The notes below the pieces were generated by a model. It was not told the DNA's origin. It searched no databases and was given only the letters and a program-made list of their open reading frames with translations. A stretch of DNA of 53,356 nucleotides, counting the filler, from Jimgerdemannia flammicorona (lineage: Eukaryota): the NCBI GenBank assembly GCA_003990765.1. It is 3 parts of 3 records of this genome, joined end to end, with 100 filler letters (N's around TTAATTAATTAA, not from the genome) between each part and the next. Parts side by side here need not be neighbours in the genome. Positions count along the whole stretch, not along the records: positions 1 to 17,722 come from RBNJ01002440.1; 2 more parts are not named here. One strand, given 5' to 3'. Shown in pieces: positions 1-11,984 of the stretch (positions are counted from its first letter, which is position 1; each line of letters opens with the position of its first letter). The position numbers and the translations under genes were made by a program.

Positions 1-293
1 GAAAAAAAAAAAAAAAAGAGATCAACCAAAAGGAATGAAAATAATTTTACAAGAAAGAGGATTATAGAAAGATAATTTATTAAAAATTTGTCAACTATAT
101 ATTAAAAATAAAAATAAAAAATTTAAGTAATAATTGTTATGCATAAAGAATTTTAGAATTACAACCTAATTTTCTTAATCAAAAGTATATGCTTGAAGAA
201 ATTATTACTGTAGCTGGTCATAAAATTATTTTTTATCCTAAATTTCATTATGAACTTAATTATATTAAAATGTTTTAAAGAGCTGCAAAATTA

Positions 294-1485
294 CTCCTTT
301 CTCTGCTACCTTACCAGTCACAATAGTTTGGTAGACAATCTTCTAAGTCTACTTTCCATAATTATTACCCTCTCTACCTTGGGTTGGTTTGCTGTACCTA
401 TTGCAGAACAGTAGGAGGGAGGCAATGGTGATGAGTTGCCTCTTTATCAGTGTCTGATCAGTATCTTCTTCACTTTTTCACAGTTTCTGATACCTTTGGC
501 TGTATCTGGAGTATATCTATTTTAGTGTGGTACCTTCTTCCTTTTGCCATCACCAATAAGGTATTGTCTTGGTATATCTTAGGCTATATAGGAAGTCAGC
601 TGATCTTAGGCATCAAGTGCTCAGTATAGGTTACCTGCAGGTCCTCAGTGCCTATAGTGGAGCCCTTTGGCTTTGGTGAGCTTTCTGGTGAGCATAGTTC
701 TGACATAGGTAACTGCTTTTCAGGTATTGTTGAGATGGGAGGGGAGATGGCCATTACAGATAGGAGAAAGGGTGATAATAGTAAACCAGTAAGATGCCAG
801 ACTGGGGGTAATCATTGGAACTAAGGTGAGTACTACTTCAGTGGGGCCTTTTGATTAGTGTGGTATAGTTAAGTGATAGGTATCACTCTTGGCTTCTTTT
901 GGTGATTTGGCAGATTGGGCTCTAGTCATCAGGAGGGATCAGAGGGTCTGAGGCTATCCATTTCAGATATCTTGGCTACACTCAACTAGAACTGGGAGCT
1001 GATATGGCAACATAATCAAGGCCTACAGACTTGAGTAGTGGAGTATTGGAGGTCTCCTCCCACCTCATATGTAAGTCCTTTATTTGCCTCAACTGAGAGA
1101 ACTAGGCCCTACCCACTGTGTTGTGCTTTGATGAGGGGTTTTCTTTACCTGTTATTCTCTTTGGAGTGGTAGAGGCTATTCTATTTGGCTCAGGTATGGC
1201 CTTGTATATATATTGGATTCTCGGGCATATACTTTCAGTCATTGGCACATGGCTGAGTTTTCTCTAATGGTAGGGAGAGCATGGTGTGCAGAATGAGGTA
1301 TAGGCTGCCATAGGCTCTGCTATACCTAGTATGGTCAAGCTGCTGGATAATAGCTAGTCTAAGTTAATAGGGGGGCAGTGCTTGATGGGTGGTGGGGGAG
1401 GGTTTTAGCCTATAGTCTAGGTTCTCTTCTAATAAAAATCTGTAAGATATTGAGTCTGTTAAAAAAAAAAAAAAAAAAAAAAAAA
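294..1485 (+). mobile_element. 5'-truncated L1-like non-LTR retrotransposon with poly(A) tail
   Basis: 13-bp TSD AGCTGCAAAATTA at 281-293 and 1486-1498; AATAAA at 1431; A-run from 1461; decayed zf-RVT-like C-terminus WELIWQH...EYWR...YPLCC...FLYLLFS at about 993-1170. Confidence 0.88.
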
Positions 1486-1619
1486 AGCTGCAAAATTATT
1501 TATAAGAGAATATTGTGATTATACTTAGAATGGTTTAAATGAAATTGTTCCTCAAGCTTTAGATAGTATTAAATTATCAACTATTTAAAAATATGCTAGA
1601 AAATCTTTTAGATATATAA

Positions 1620-3187
1620 TGTCACATAGTGGTCACTGAGTCCTTCAAATATACCAGATTCTCTTCAAGATGTATCTCTTAGACTAACTCAAGTTTGTTA
1701 TAAGCAAGTTCTTATTGGAGTACCTTTCCAAGATCTTATAGTTCTCAAACTTCTTATCTTTAAACTGTCTTGTTATCTCTTAGATTGCTTGCAAGGAAGT
1801 GTGTGTATTGTACTGAGAGGAACTGACTTTATTTCAGAGGAAATAAGAGGGGTATTTATACAAAATATAATTTAATGGTTGCTAAGATATAAAGCTAAAT
1901 ATAAATTTCAATAACTAAAACTACTAAGTTCCAGGGTTGGCACTGATGGTTGTACAGGTTCAGAATATTGATATTATTTAGTATTATATCAAAATACCAG
2001 TACTAGAACAATTCTGTGTCACCTCAGAATATCAGTGCTGGTATTATCCAGTGTTACATAAGAATACCAATGCTGGCATTATCCAGTATAACAAAGAACT
2101 TAGAGCAGAAAGTTCAAGATCATGGGGGCTTCATTATCATCATCACTGAAGGAGATGAGATCTGTGAATTCATCATGTAGGTCACATGTTTCATATACTT
2201 TGCATGCTTCATTACGCATCTCGCATATGTCGAAGTCATGTAGGATGATGTCATCGCTGATGACATCATCATGTTCAGTGGCAGGAAAATCGGAAACAAG
2301 ATCTGAAGCTCTCCAGTCTATGAAGGTCTCTTCCACAAAATAGGGGACAAATGTGGGGTCTTGGGGAGATCTAACCTAGATGCTTGGGCCTTAGAATACT
2401 GAGATCAATCCTTGCAGAAATTGGTCTGGATTGTCCTGAAGGATAGAATGCCAGAAGTCTTCTATTTCTTCGCTGTTGAGAGTGATAGTAGACTGGACTT
2501 CTGTAGCCACTCTGGCTTCTAGTATATTGATACGGCGGGATGACAGATCTCTGAAGTCTGAGACTCTAACATACTCCAAGTTGGGGATCAACTATGGTGT
2601 ATACCTGAAGATCTAATAGATCTTCTTAGCTGTCCTTGCTTTGCATATATCCATGAGAGTGGCATCTTATAGCTCTTGGGTGCTGGCCTGTGGGAACTCC
2701 CAGCAGAGAAGGTTTCCTATTTCATACTCCTGTCACATTTGGAGGTATTCGGTAGTAATGGTGATCCTTGTTTCCATTTCATGGTAGTAGAGAATAAAGT
2801 GATAAGGGTCTGCAGTACCCAGGTTGATACTAGGAGTCCTTCTTGAGTAGGTCCCCATGACTCTTCTGATGTCTTAGAACATCTTTTCCTCGACTGGGAT
2901 ATCTTGATGATTCCTTGACCTTGAGGTTTGGCAGGCAGCAGGTATTTCATTTGTGGTAAATCTTTGAGCTATTTTGGGATTGGTGGTTCTTATTGATTAC
3001 TGCTACTGCAGTTCCTTGATTCTTCTTTTATATTCTTTGGGATGCTTATACTGTGGTCACAATGACTCACAGTTAGTCATCATTGCTCATCTTATATGCT
3101 GTAAGATCTTCTTATACTCTAATCTGGTAGCTTGCAAGGAAAGGCTGTCTCCTGTGCTGATGTCATCATTCTGAGGTCACCGTTACA
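1620..3187 (-). mobile_element. Long solo LTR (1568 bp) carrying an internal ORF
   Basis: Termini TGTCAC...GTTACA; 4-bp TSD ATAA (1616-1619, 3188-3191); the interrupted transposase reading continues across it; minus-strand TATAAATACCCC promoter motif at about 1849-1860, as in the paired LTRs of this window. Confidence 0.85.
2100..2945 (-). pseudogene. LTR-borne accessory ORF (about 281 codons, single frame, several premature stops), unknown function
   Basis: (M>I)PAACQTSRSRNHQD...EYLQM*QEYEIGNLL...AKKIY*IFRYTP*LIPNLEYVRVSDFRDLS...FWHSILQDNPDQFL...DEFTDLISFSDDDNEAPMILNFLL. Track ORFs 2391-2591 and 2100-2336 are in this frame; homologous copies at 20349-21193 and 43386-44209. Confidence 0.8.
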
Positions 3188-3901
3188 ATAAATATATATA
3201 ATTAAGGATTAATAGAAAAAAAATAGAATATATAGTAAAAAAATATCATTCTTATCATTGAATTTCTAAATAATAATAAATATATAATAAATAAATTAAT
3301 TAATATCTGCCTTAATTGTCTATGTATGTATGTCTATCTTTTAATTATCTGTCTGTATGATATGTATATAGTTTCATTAGTATTATAAAATTTATATAGT
3401 ATTATAAAATTTATATGATGATTTCCTTTTTAAGATGTATGTGACTGGCGCCATAATCTGACTCAACATAATATAAATTATTTTTTTTAAAATTATATAG
3501 AAATATGAAAAAAAAATTAAATGAAAATTCTGGCTCTATTACATTGTAGTAAATCAATCAAAGAATCATTTTATAGAATTAGATTTTTAATACATATATT
3601 TTTTGTTATGTTCTATTCCTTCAAAGTTTGTCAAAAAATTTTGAGGTTTATAGATGCGCCGCACTGTATTAAGGCTGCGGAAAGATGTTCAATTTTAGCC
3701 CTGATTGGAGGCCCGCGGAAATGTGTGGGCCACAAGGCCGATCACTATGTCGTAGGTGACGTAATCCGCAATTTCTGTTGCGTGTCAAGGTATCGGGCAC
3801 TCCACACTGGCCAGCACTGGGGTTGTGGCCAGGCGCTTAATAATACGACGGACTGAATTAGTATCGCCTCTTTTTTTTTTTTTTTTTTCGTGCTTTATTT
3901 T

Positions 3902-4240
3902 TTAGAATTGTGTCAAACAGTCGGTCAACACCGGAAAGGGTTCGTCACGTGCGTTAACGCTAGTGAGATTTAAATCCACGTGTGCCCTGATCCCTTTCCA
4001 CGCGTTAAAATATGCGAAACCTCCAGCTGTGTCTGACGATATTATCAGGAGAAAGTTAATTGAGTAGGGGAAGGGAGAAAAATCTCTAGTGTCATCGCAA
4101 AAGAATTCAACCAAAGACGGATCCAGGTTGTCGAAATGTAGTAGGAACCCCCACATATCCACATACAGCTTATCCCCCTTTCTATTTCCACACTCTCATA
4201 AAATGCGAATTGTTCATGATATTTGTACAATAACCCTCCA
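3902..4240 (-). pseudogene. Possible terminal exon relic of an unknown gene (frameshifted), followed by AATAAA and an A18 run
   Basis: Track ORFs 4045-4230 and 3902-4162 join with one frameshift; minus-strand AATAAA just after the stop; T-run 3871-3888. No recognisable domain. Confidence 0.3.
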
Positions 4241-4284
4241 CTAACGAAGTGGTTGAGGATGCATGTGCTATATATACAAAATTT

Positions 4285-4811
4285 CTATTCCAAATCGTGG
4301 AATTGAAGTTGAAAGCGAATCAACCGCATGTCGGGGTCCTTCGAATGCCAATACACCGAGGGATTCACCTTTGTAATGATGTGGCCTACACTGAGCCGGC
4401 CCCTATTCACCTCTATCACAAGCTCCAACTTGAATCTTTCGAACTCCGCCTCGGTCTCGTCAAAGCGCTCTTCGACGAAGTCCCAGAATTCTGCCCAGTT
4501 CAGGCGGTCACAGGCGCTGCGCTCCACGGATTTGAGATTTTTCAACATCTCCTTTCGATTCTTACTGGACCCTTTACCGTGGCCGCTACCAGCCTCTCCG
4601 GCTCTGAGTTCGCGAACCGTAAATCAAGAACCACGAAGCTGCCCCAACGTTTTCGATTCTTCACCAGGACGTGATCGTAGATCATCTGGATGAAGCGCAC
4701 TATGAACACACCGTACACTTCCATCATAGGCCTAAGGCGAGATACCTCATCTTCAGGAGGTGCGTAGGACCGACGTTTTGAGGCATGGCGGCGAGAGAAT
4801 ATGTTTCCCAT
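4285..4811 (-). pseudogene. Frameshifted paralog of the orphan N-myristoylation-motif gene at 8771-9304
   Basis: MGNIFSRRHASKRR...; a 7-nt deletion near 4567 relative to the intact copy splits it into track ORFs 4542-4838 and 4285-4548; duplicated TATATAAACC box upstream (about 4851-4890). Confidence 0.85.
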
Positions 4812-6753
4812 GTCAGAGTGTAAAATTAATGGATTCAAGTTGTTTCAGAAGGTTTATATATATATTCAGAAGGTTTATATATATATATATAAAGTTTATT
4901 TGACATTCTAGACTGATGTATGTGTGATGCGATTTATGAGGTCATGGAAAGTATATTTTTCGGAGGAGAACGGGGCGGGTATGTAGCGTAATAATGTGAC
5001 TGCTGCCGAACGAATCATTCCACTTGCCAGGAGAAATGTTACTGCAGCATTCATGACTCGTCCTCTCGACTTATCCGGCCAGGTACATGTTCCAGGGCGT
5101 CGTGAGAGACGGAGGGGAGGTGACGCAGTCCGCTTGACTCTACACGCTGACACAGCGGGAGAGACACTGCAACTCACCCCGTGGGACAATGGCTGCTGGT
5201 TGACACTTGACCCGTGATTTCTCCTTGTGTGGAAAAATAAATAAAAGGCGTCAAAATAAGCGGTTCTGACTTGACCGATGCGAGTGGCGGGTGCCGCACC
5301 CGCCGCGTAAGGGGAGGGGGGCCAGTGTCAAATAAAAGGTTTCGACGGAAGCTCGGGAAAGTACGAACGATGAACACAAAGCACGAAGGACCACCTGAAA
5401 CCTCCCGTTACGTCAGATTTAATGCGCATATCCGCGTCATTGAAGGCAGAAGATATTTCTCGTCATGTGATGGCTCCGTTAATCGAAATGGTTGTTTTCT
5501 ATGACATGAATATATATTTAGACTCACTGTCAGGTTACACCCTACCTAGCTGTAAGCATGTAGCTCAGAGGCATTCATTTTGGAATTTCTTTCGATTTTA
5601 AGTTGATTTCATTCATCTCTGGTGGCAGGCGTATACTTTTGATGTCGCTAGTGGATCCTTTTGGGAAGGCATCGTGGATGACGTTTTTGTAAAAAGTTTC
5701 ATTAAACCATTTAGCATGTTGTCCTTTGAACCTTTCTCATCCTCGGGGTCATTGATCCGCGCGATATGAATGCGGAGTAGTACATTCAAAGATTCATATA
5801 GTTATTCTTTATTTTTTGTGGTGGTTACACACGAAGTGGAGACAGTGAGATGGTGACGTCTCCATGGTGATACCACGATAGTGACGCCCAGGCTCGATAA
5901 TGACGTCACATTCTCAATGGTGACGTTTCAATGGTGACATGAAACGTGCCCCCCCCTTGGGAGAATTGTTTAGAAGGTGATGGTGCAAAAGCATTCTTCA
6001 CCGTCAAAGTCGATTTTTAGGTGTAGCTGCAACTTTACGTAGTATGTATATACGCGTGAATGAAGTCAAAATTCAAAATGAGACGGACGACAAAAAAAAA
6101 AAAAAAAAAAAAAAAGAGCAGAACCCAGATGTCGGCGACTTACATATTCATTCGGTACAATTGACACATTTCCATGAAGAGCGATTGGATTAGTGAGATT
6201 GGCGTGCCATCAACGCTGCCGAGATAACTCGACTTGAAAATCCACGTTGGACACAACTGCGCGCTGTTAGCGATAATGCACTTTGGTGATGGACCCCAAC
6301 GACATTTTGCTCGTTCAACAACTCTAAGCGTACATCAATCCATTTGTTTTTTGAGAAATTCCCGGCTGGCATGCGATCTGGGAGTAAAAAAAGGAAAGCT
6401 CTAATCACAAACCTTTACAACATGTATCTTCCAAAATCACATATAATAGTGGGAAACAGCACTTGAGGGATCAATATGAACACGCCAGGAATTTTATGGG
6501 GAAACCCAGATTTCATTTCTATCAGAGATGCGATGGGTTCGATCCATTCTGACCTTCGGTCTGGTAATCCGTCGTGGTGAACCTCATTTCGAAAATCTAT
6601 GCCGATATCATCGACTGTGCACCACCTTATCGAAACTTACCATTGATCCTTGCAAGACCTAATCACAAACCATCGCTTTATTTTGTTCTTTTATTCATTA
6701 TGCATAGATCATCGTTTTATATTTATTTATTCTAAGACCATGAGGCTCGTTTT

Positions 6754-8293
6754 CTAGTTAGGACAAACGTTCAATCTACTGGTCAGCTCATCCTGCACGG
6801 CACATACCACGCCGTATCTCTTCTGGCGCTCGCACTCGTCGCGGCTATGTCTATCGCTGTCACATCTGAACTCGTCACGATGCTTCTTGAAGGCGATCAG
6901 GACTCCTCGTCTAGGATGTCGCGGAGGCCACCTGTACGTAAAGAGAAGAATTTAGCAGAAATATATTGAACGTAATAAGGATCGCTACGCAGATTCGTAG
7001 ACGGGGCATACGTACCAGAAGTTAAATCAATAACACCAAACTTTACGTACTCGATAGTTTTGGTGAGGTGCCTTCTAAGTGGCCTGCGGTGACGGAACTT
7101 GCCATTACGATCGCGGTCGTCGTCGCGATCCTTCCTATCATCATCGCGACGCTCATCGTCTCGACGCTCGTCTCCGCGTCCAAGCCCCAGAGTGAGCAGA
7201 ACTATCTGCTGTCTACCGTGTTTCCCATCCTCGTCGCGCCACCTCTCCAGCTTCTTGTTCATTTTACGTTCTCGAACCGGATCTCGCGCTCGCCGATCGC
7301 GTCGCCGAGAATACGTATCAGTGGCGTCGGAGCCTGTGAGGCAGTACACGCGGCGGTGGTGGTGCTCGTCCAAGGGGACCCAACGGAAGCCCTGCGAGGT
7401 GCCCTGGCCCTAGGAAACTGCGACTGGGGTCTGGGCTTCGCCTTGAGCACGGCGGTCGTCACAGCCGTTGTCACCGCCGCGGTGGCGGCGAATCAGATGA
7501 TGTAGGTGGCGCGGCAAACGTCGAGGATGTTGACGGGGGGGACGCGACCGTCGCGGCCGGTACTCATCTTGAGGACGTGCTCGTTTTCAATCGCGAGGGC
7601 CCAAAGGAGGAAGTACTGGAATTTGCGCAGCGAGGGAATGGTTAGATGTGTTTGACGTTGACATGTGCGTGAACAGCCTAATGTGAAATGAGAATATATT
7701 ACCTAAAGATATACCACCTCCCCCTGGTAAAGCTGTCCTCGAGGCACCTCTCAAGTTCCCGGAATTCACAGAGATTTCTGAGTTCCCCGTCATTGGCCGC
7801 GGGGCCGATCCTAAAAAGCGAACCGAGGGAACATTAGTGACTAAATCACCATCTCAGTCCGACAGAATATCCTGTTTTTAAGAGCTCACGTGGAAATAAT
7901 GAGGAAACGGCGAACGTTCTCGTGCTCCATAGCATCGATGGCCATGGCGGACCCTGTTGCGAGTCATGTCCAGGACGAAGATGACGTACTCGCAGTTGCG
8001 GAAGGCACGGCGGAGGGACTTGCGGTTTTCGTAGTCATTTTCCTATCCAAGAACATCTACATTAGCATCTAGTAATCATTTATTCGGTCCTCATCAATAA
8101 TCATAAAAAATAATATATATATGCCAATAACACTTACAATGATCTCGGTGCTCAAGTCCTTCAAATTGTCGTGACAGAACAGGACGCAGATGTGGTGTAC
8201 TCGTTGTGATGGTCATGGCCATTGCGCTCGGACTCGCGGAGCAGGTAGGTGGGCGGTGCTGACGCTGGCACTGGGGCTGGCGGAGCGGTTCCA
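6754..8293 (-). pseudogene. NmrA-like / atypical SDR NAD(P)-binding protein pseudogene with Asp/Arg-rich insert
   Basis: Segments EII|ENDYENRKSLRRAFRNCEYVIFV..AIDAMEHENVRRFLIIS, FQYFLLWALAIENEHVLKMSTGRDGRVPPVNILDVCRA, HHHRRVYCLTGS, ILGDAIGEREIRFENV and DLTSG|GLRDILDEE..FKKHRDEFR follow NmrA-family motif order. GT-AG introns at 8043-8137 and 6932-7015 with branch sites; multiple frameshifts. Confidence 0.72.
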
Positions 8294-8684
8294 TTTTTTT
8301 TTTTTTTATGTTGCAGGGGAAAAGGTACCAGCTTTTTACACGACCAAGCCACCTAGACAAAGTCACGTGGTCTTACATCGAGACATAGATTGCGATATCA
8401 CTTATCAAAAAAGAAAAAGAGGGAGCTTTGTAAAACTTTAACTTTAATGTAGAATGTGTGATTGGAAGCTGAACTAGATATCCTAATTCACGTGAAGTGG
8501 CTACCAGTTAAAAATAGTAATATTTCCACGTGAGTCGCTTTGCTAAAGATCTTTAACTTTAAAGTGGAATATGTGATTGGAGGATGAACTAGCCGAACTA
8601 CCCATTTTATTTTCTTTTAACGCCGGCCTATTACAATGAACTCTCTCCGTGGTGATCATGGTTTTACAGCCAAAAAAAACTCGA

Positions 8685-8695
8685 TTATATAAACC
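8685..8695 (+). promoter_or_regulatory. TATA box (TATATAAACC) upstream of the 8771 gene
   Basis: Lies about 80 bp upstream of ATG 8771; the same TATATAAACC motif precedes the inverted paralog. Confidence 0.55.
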
Positions 8696-8770
8696 CTCAA
8701 TTTCCAAAAAAAAAAAAAAAAATTGAGCTCGACTATTTATACGCATTCCTCTCCTTTCAGCCAATCCAAC

Positions 8771-9304
8771 ATGGGGAACATATTTTCTCGTCGTAGTGCC
8801 TCAAAACGTCCGTCCCGCGCACCTCCTGAAGAAAAGGTATCTCGCCTTAGTCCTATGATGGAGGTGTACGGAGTGTTCATAGTGCGCTTCATCCAAATGA
8901 TCCACGACCAAGTCCTGGTGAAGAACAGAAAATGTTGGGGCAGCTTCGTGGTTGATTTGCGGTTCCCGAACTCGGAGCCGGAGAGGCTGGTGGCAGTCAC
9001 AGCAAAAGGTCCCACGGACAGTAAGAATCGAAAGGAGATGTTGGCAAAGCTCAAATCCGTGGAACGCAGGGCCTGTGGCCGTCTGAACTGGGCAACCTTT
9101 TGGGACTTCGTCGAAGAGCGCTTTGACCAAACGGAGGAAGAGTTGGAAAGATTCAAGCTAGAACTCATGACAAAGGTGAATAGGGGACAGCTCAGTATCG
9201 AACACATTGTTACAAAGGCGAATCCCTCGGTGTACTGGCCTTCGAAGGACCCCGACATGCGCTTGATTCGCTTTCAGCTCCATTTTCAACCAATTCATCC
9301 ATGA
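8771..9304 (+). CDS. Intact intronless 177-aa hypothetical protein with N-myristoylation motif and polybasic N-terminus
   Basis: MGNIFSRRSASKRPSR fits MGxxxS; conserved along its full length with the paralog at 4285-4811; CpG retained; TATA box upstream. Confidence 0.8.
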   Translation: MGNIFSRRSASKRPSRAPPEEKVSRLSPMMEVYGVFIVRFIQMIHDQVLVKNRKCWGSFVVDLRFPNSEPERLVAVTAKGPTDSKNRKEMLAKLKSVERRACGRLNWATFWDFVEERFDQTEEELERFKLELMTKVNRGQLSIEHIVTKANPSVYWPSKDPDMRLIRFQLHFQPIHP

Positions 9305-10973
9305 GTACAAACAACATTATAAACAATACACTATTCCAATATGTCTAAGCTTATATACTGTTCGACCATGCCGTACCAATATCTTTCGGTATTCCGGTGT
9401 TTCCTATGTAGTGAATTCAAGGTGCTCGATCGAGTCAAAAAATATGCCGTAAATCGCAATATGTCAAAACCATGTAAAATTAGAATTATCTTTTGTATTT
9501 ATTTTATGACATTTTAATATATGGTTATGGCTAATATTAAAATATGCAACTCTCGTGTGAATTAATATTCTGTATTTTTCAAGAGGGTGTCAGGTATGTC
9601 ATGAATATGACTCAGAGTGATGAGTTTATGAGCCTACAGGGTTTAAGATAGGGGTAGTTGCATGACAGGTATTAAAGCTTGGACTTTGGAGAAGGATGTC
9701 GGTTTTAGAAGAGAATGGCTGAACGAACTATTCAGATCTAGGTCCGTGCACGACTTTAGCACAGTGTCCAGCCAAATGGTATCTTGTCCAAACAGCGAAT
9801 TGTTGATGGGCGATTCTGCCGAACGGGCCTTAAACAGTGCTAATCTAACACAATTAAGAAGTGAATATCAAACTCAGCAATTACAAGCAAACATTCAAAT
9901 CAATAACTAATTTGATTCCATTCACACCACGTGCGTGCTCGCGGGACCGCCGACTACCTCTACGCTCTTGTCAAAAAGAATGAGCCCGGTATGCAATCTC
10001 TGAGCCCGAGTCCAAGACTGAACGAAGGCGTGCAGCTATGACGGCCTACGGCGCATGAGTGTAATTACAATAAATGCGCAATCATGCCGGCGAGAGAGAT
10101 CCATATGTGAGCGGGATCTTTTTGGTTACTCTGAAAATAAATGACATAAAACTTAGTCATTTCCACCATGTCCGACAGCCTGGAACGGCGGGACGTCAAT
10201 CGTTTACTTGGAAATTTTAAAATGACAATCTATTGTATATACGTAAGTCTTAGTGCTTTGATCGATCGAGATTGTGTGACGTTATCAGAGTAGACGCCAC
10301 CGTCGAGACTAGTTTAGTGTATATACGTTCGCTAGTCAGTTCCGTCCACCAGCCATCGTTCAGTCCTCATTTGTTCGTCCAGTTTATGCATACTAGACTG
10401 TTTATCGTTTGCTCTTCGCTCGTCCAGTCGACGTTTGCTCGTCTAGTCTACAGTCGCTCTTGCTCGCCCATTGCTTGGCCGTCCATCGTTCTCTTAGTAG
10501 TCCACGTTTGCTTGTCCGGACCACGCTCGCTAATGAATTTCTTTTCCTAACCACCCCTTCACTTCAACCCGCCGATTAGCAACGTCATATCGTGTGCAAA
10601 ATCTCTCATGTTCATGTGTCGTCCCTTTCCGGATTTCCTGCATAGAAACAGCGAGTTTGGTCATAGGAAATGATGTCGTTTGTGCCTTGTGGTTCAAGCG
10701 TTGCCACCGACCAACCGAGACCACAAGATATATAAATAGCGGCGAGCTACGGGAAGGCGATCAAGGAACGAATCTTCGTTTTGGAATTCGATCTATTTTT
10801 AAATGTGATTCAGGTATACGGTGAAAATGTCTGTGCTGAGAAATGTTTATTTATTTATTTATTTATTTTATGTGATTGGACGACCACGGAATGGACGTCT
10901 CGGATCGATCGGTCGGGACGTCTCAATCAAGGCGATGCCTAAATCAAATGTCATTATTATACAATGGTGAACT

Positions 10974-10975
<2 letters not shown>

Positions 10976-11010
<35 letters not shown>

Positions 11011-11011
11011 A
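10976..11011 (+). mobile_element. Poly(A)-only retroposed insertion
   Basis: A33GAA flanked by a perfect 17-bp duplication ATACAATGGTGAACTGC (10959-10975, 11012-11028). Confidence 0.75.
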
Positions 11012-11226
11012 ATACAATGGTGAACTGCGACCATTGACAGAACGACGATCGGCAGAACGAACTGCATTTCTATAAGATCGTCCCGATAGTGATATTGAGA
11101 CCGTGACGTCCCGTTCAGGGGACTATTTTAGGGGGAGGACTACCCCATACTGATGTATGGGCTATAAATCTCGATTAGATATGGATTTACAACTCGTTAT
11201 CAATGTAATATATACAAAGCGTGTGT

Positions 11227-11315
11227 AAATTGCTTTCCGCAAACCTGTTGGTTAGCTTGCACCCCAGCCATAAAAATTGCTTTCCGCAAAACTGTTGGTT
11301 AGCTTGCACCCCAGC
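11227..11315. repeat. Direct duplication of a 42-bp unit
   Basis: AAATTGCTTTCCGCAAA(C/A)CTGTTGGTTAGCTTGCACCCCAGC at 11227 and 11274. Confidence 0.85.
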
Positions 11316-11984
11316 ACAAAATGAAGGATGGAGTATCACAACGCATAGTGACTAGTATAGTGCACCACGCCTATAATCATCTACTTCCTTTTAAAAATTC
11401 TATTTCTAAACAATGAACTTATTAAAAAAATATATAACTTTACAGGTTAACAAACAACCCTTTTTATTTTATTCCTATAGAGAGCTTTTTTATTATTTCT
11501 TTTTATATTTATAATAATTGTTTTTTTTAAAAAAAAATATTTCTCAAATCCGCAGAATTTGTGGCTTAGAGTTATATCATGTGACTTTGTTTGTTTCATT
11601 TTATCTCCACTTCCACGCCTATACTCGATGATTTTTAACTCCTCCTTTAAATTGCTATTTTTTTATAATAACAAAATTATATATATATATATATATATAT
11701 ATTGAAAGATAAATAGCATGGCTTCAATGCTATGGAAAGTTTTTTTTAATTTTGTCATATTTATAGTCAGTAATAGCTGTTTGAAATTTTACTTAAGTGT
11801 TTTTTTAACTTCAATTCCTCTATAATGGTTGTATAAAAAAATTATATAATGATATATATTAATCCAAAATCTTTCTAGTATTAAAGCTATAGAGAGTTTT
11901 TTTTAAAAAATATTAGCAGAAACCACAAGCTTCTGCCAATGATCCTCTATCAAGATTTTACCAATGTGGTTCTCTATCAGCAAG

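Larger units (their letters stand above)
20..3273 (+). pseudogene. Degenerate IS630/Tc1-mariner-like DDE transposase C-terminal part, in three pieces (about 20-293, 1486-1619, 3188-3273) split by two insertions
   Basis: Translates as QPKGMKIILQERGL*...RILELQPNFLNQK..LEEII..AGHKIIFYPKFHYELNYIKMF*RAAK, resumes after the LINE as AAKLFIREYCDYT*NGLNEIVPQALDSI...YARKSFRY, and after the solo LTR as GLIEKKIEYIVKKYHSYH*I. This matches the fungal FYPKFHCELNxIExxWGAAK transposase family; many stops, very AT-rich. Confidence 0.85.

Noticed and set aside
6190..6645. Long frames with few stops (plus frame broken only by TGA, hinting at an alternative genetic code)
   Set aside because: No recognisable protein on either strand and no other sign of organellar or endobacterial DNA.
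3500..9400. Endogenous virus, suggested by compact genes with TATA boxes and a myristoylation motif
   Set aside because: No viral hallmark gene; the central locus resolves into an intron-containing NmrA-like host pseudogene.
9560..10830. Short ORFs 9662-9910, 10272-10550 and 10594-10824
   Set aside because: No motifs, splice structure or paralog support.
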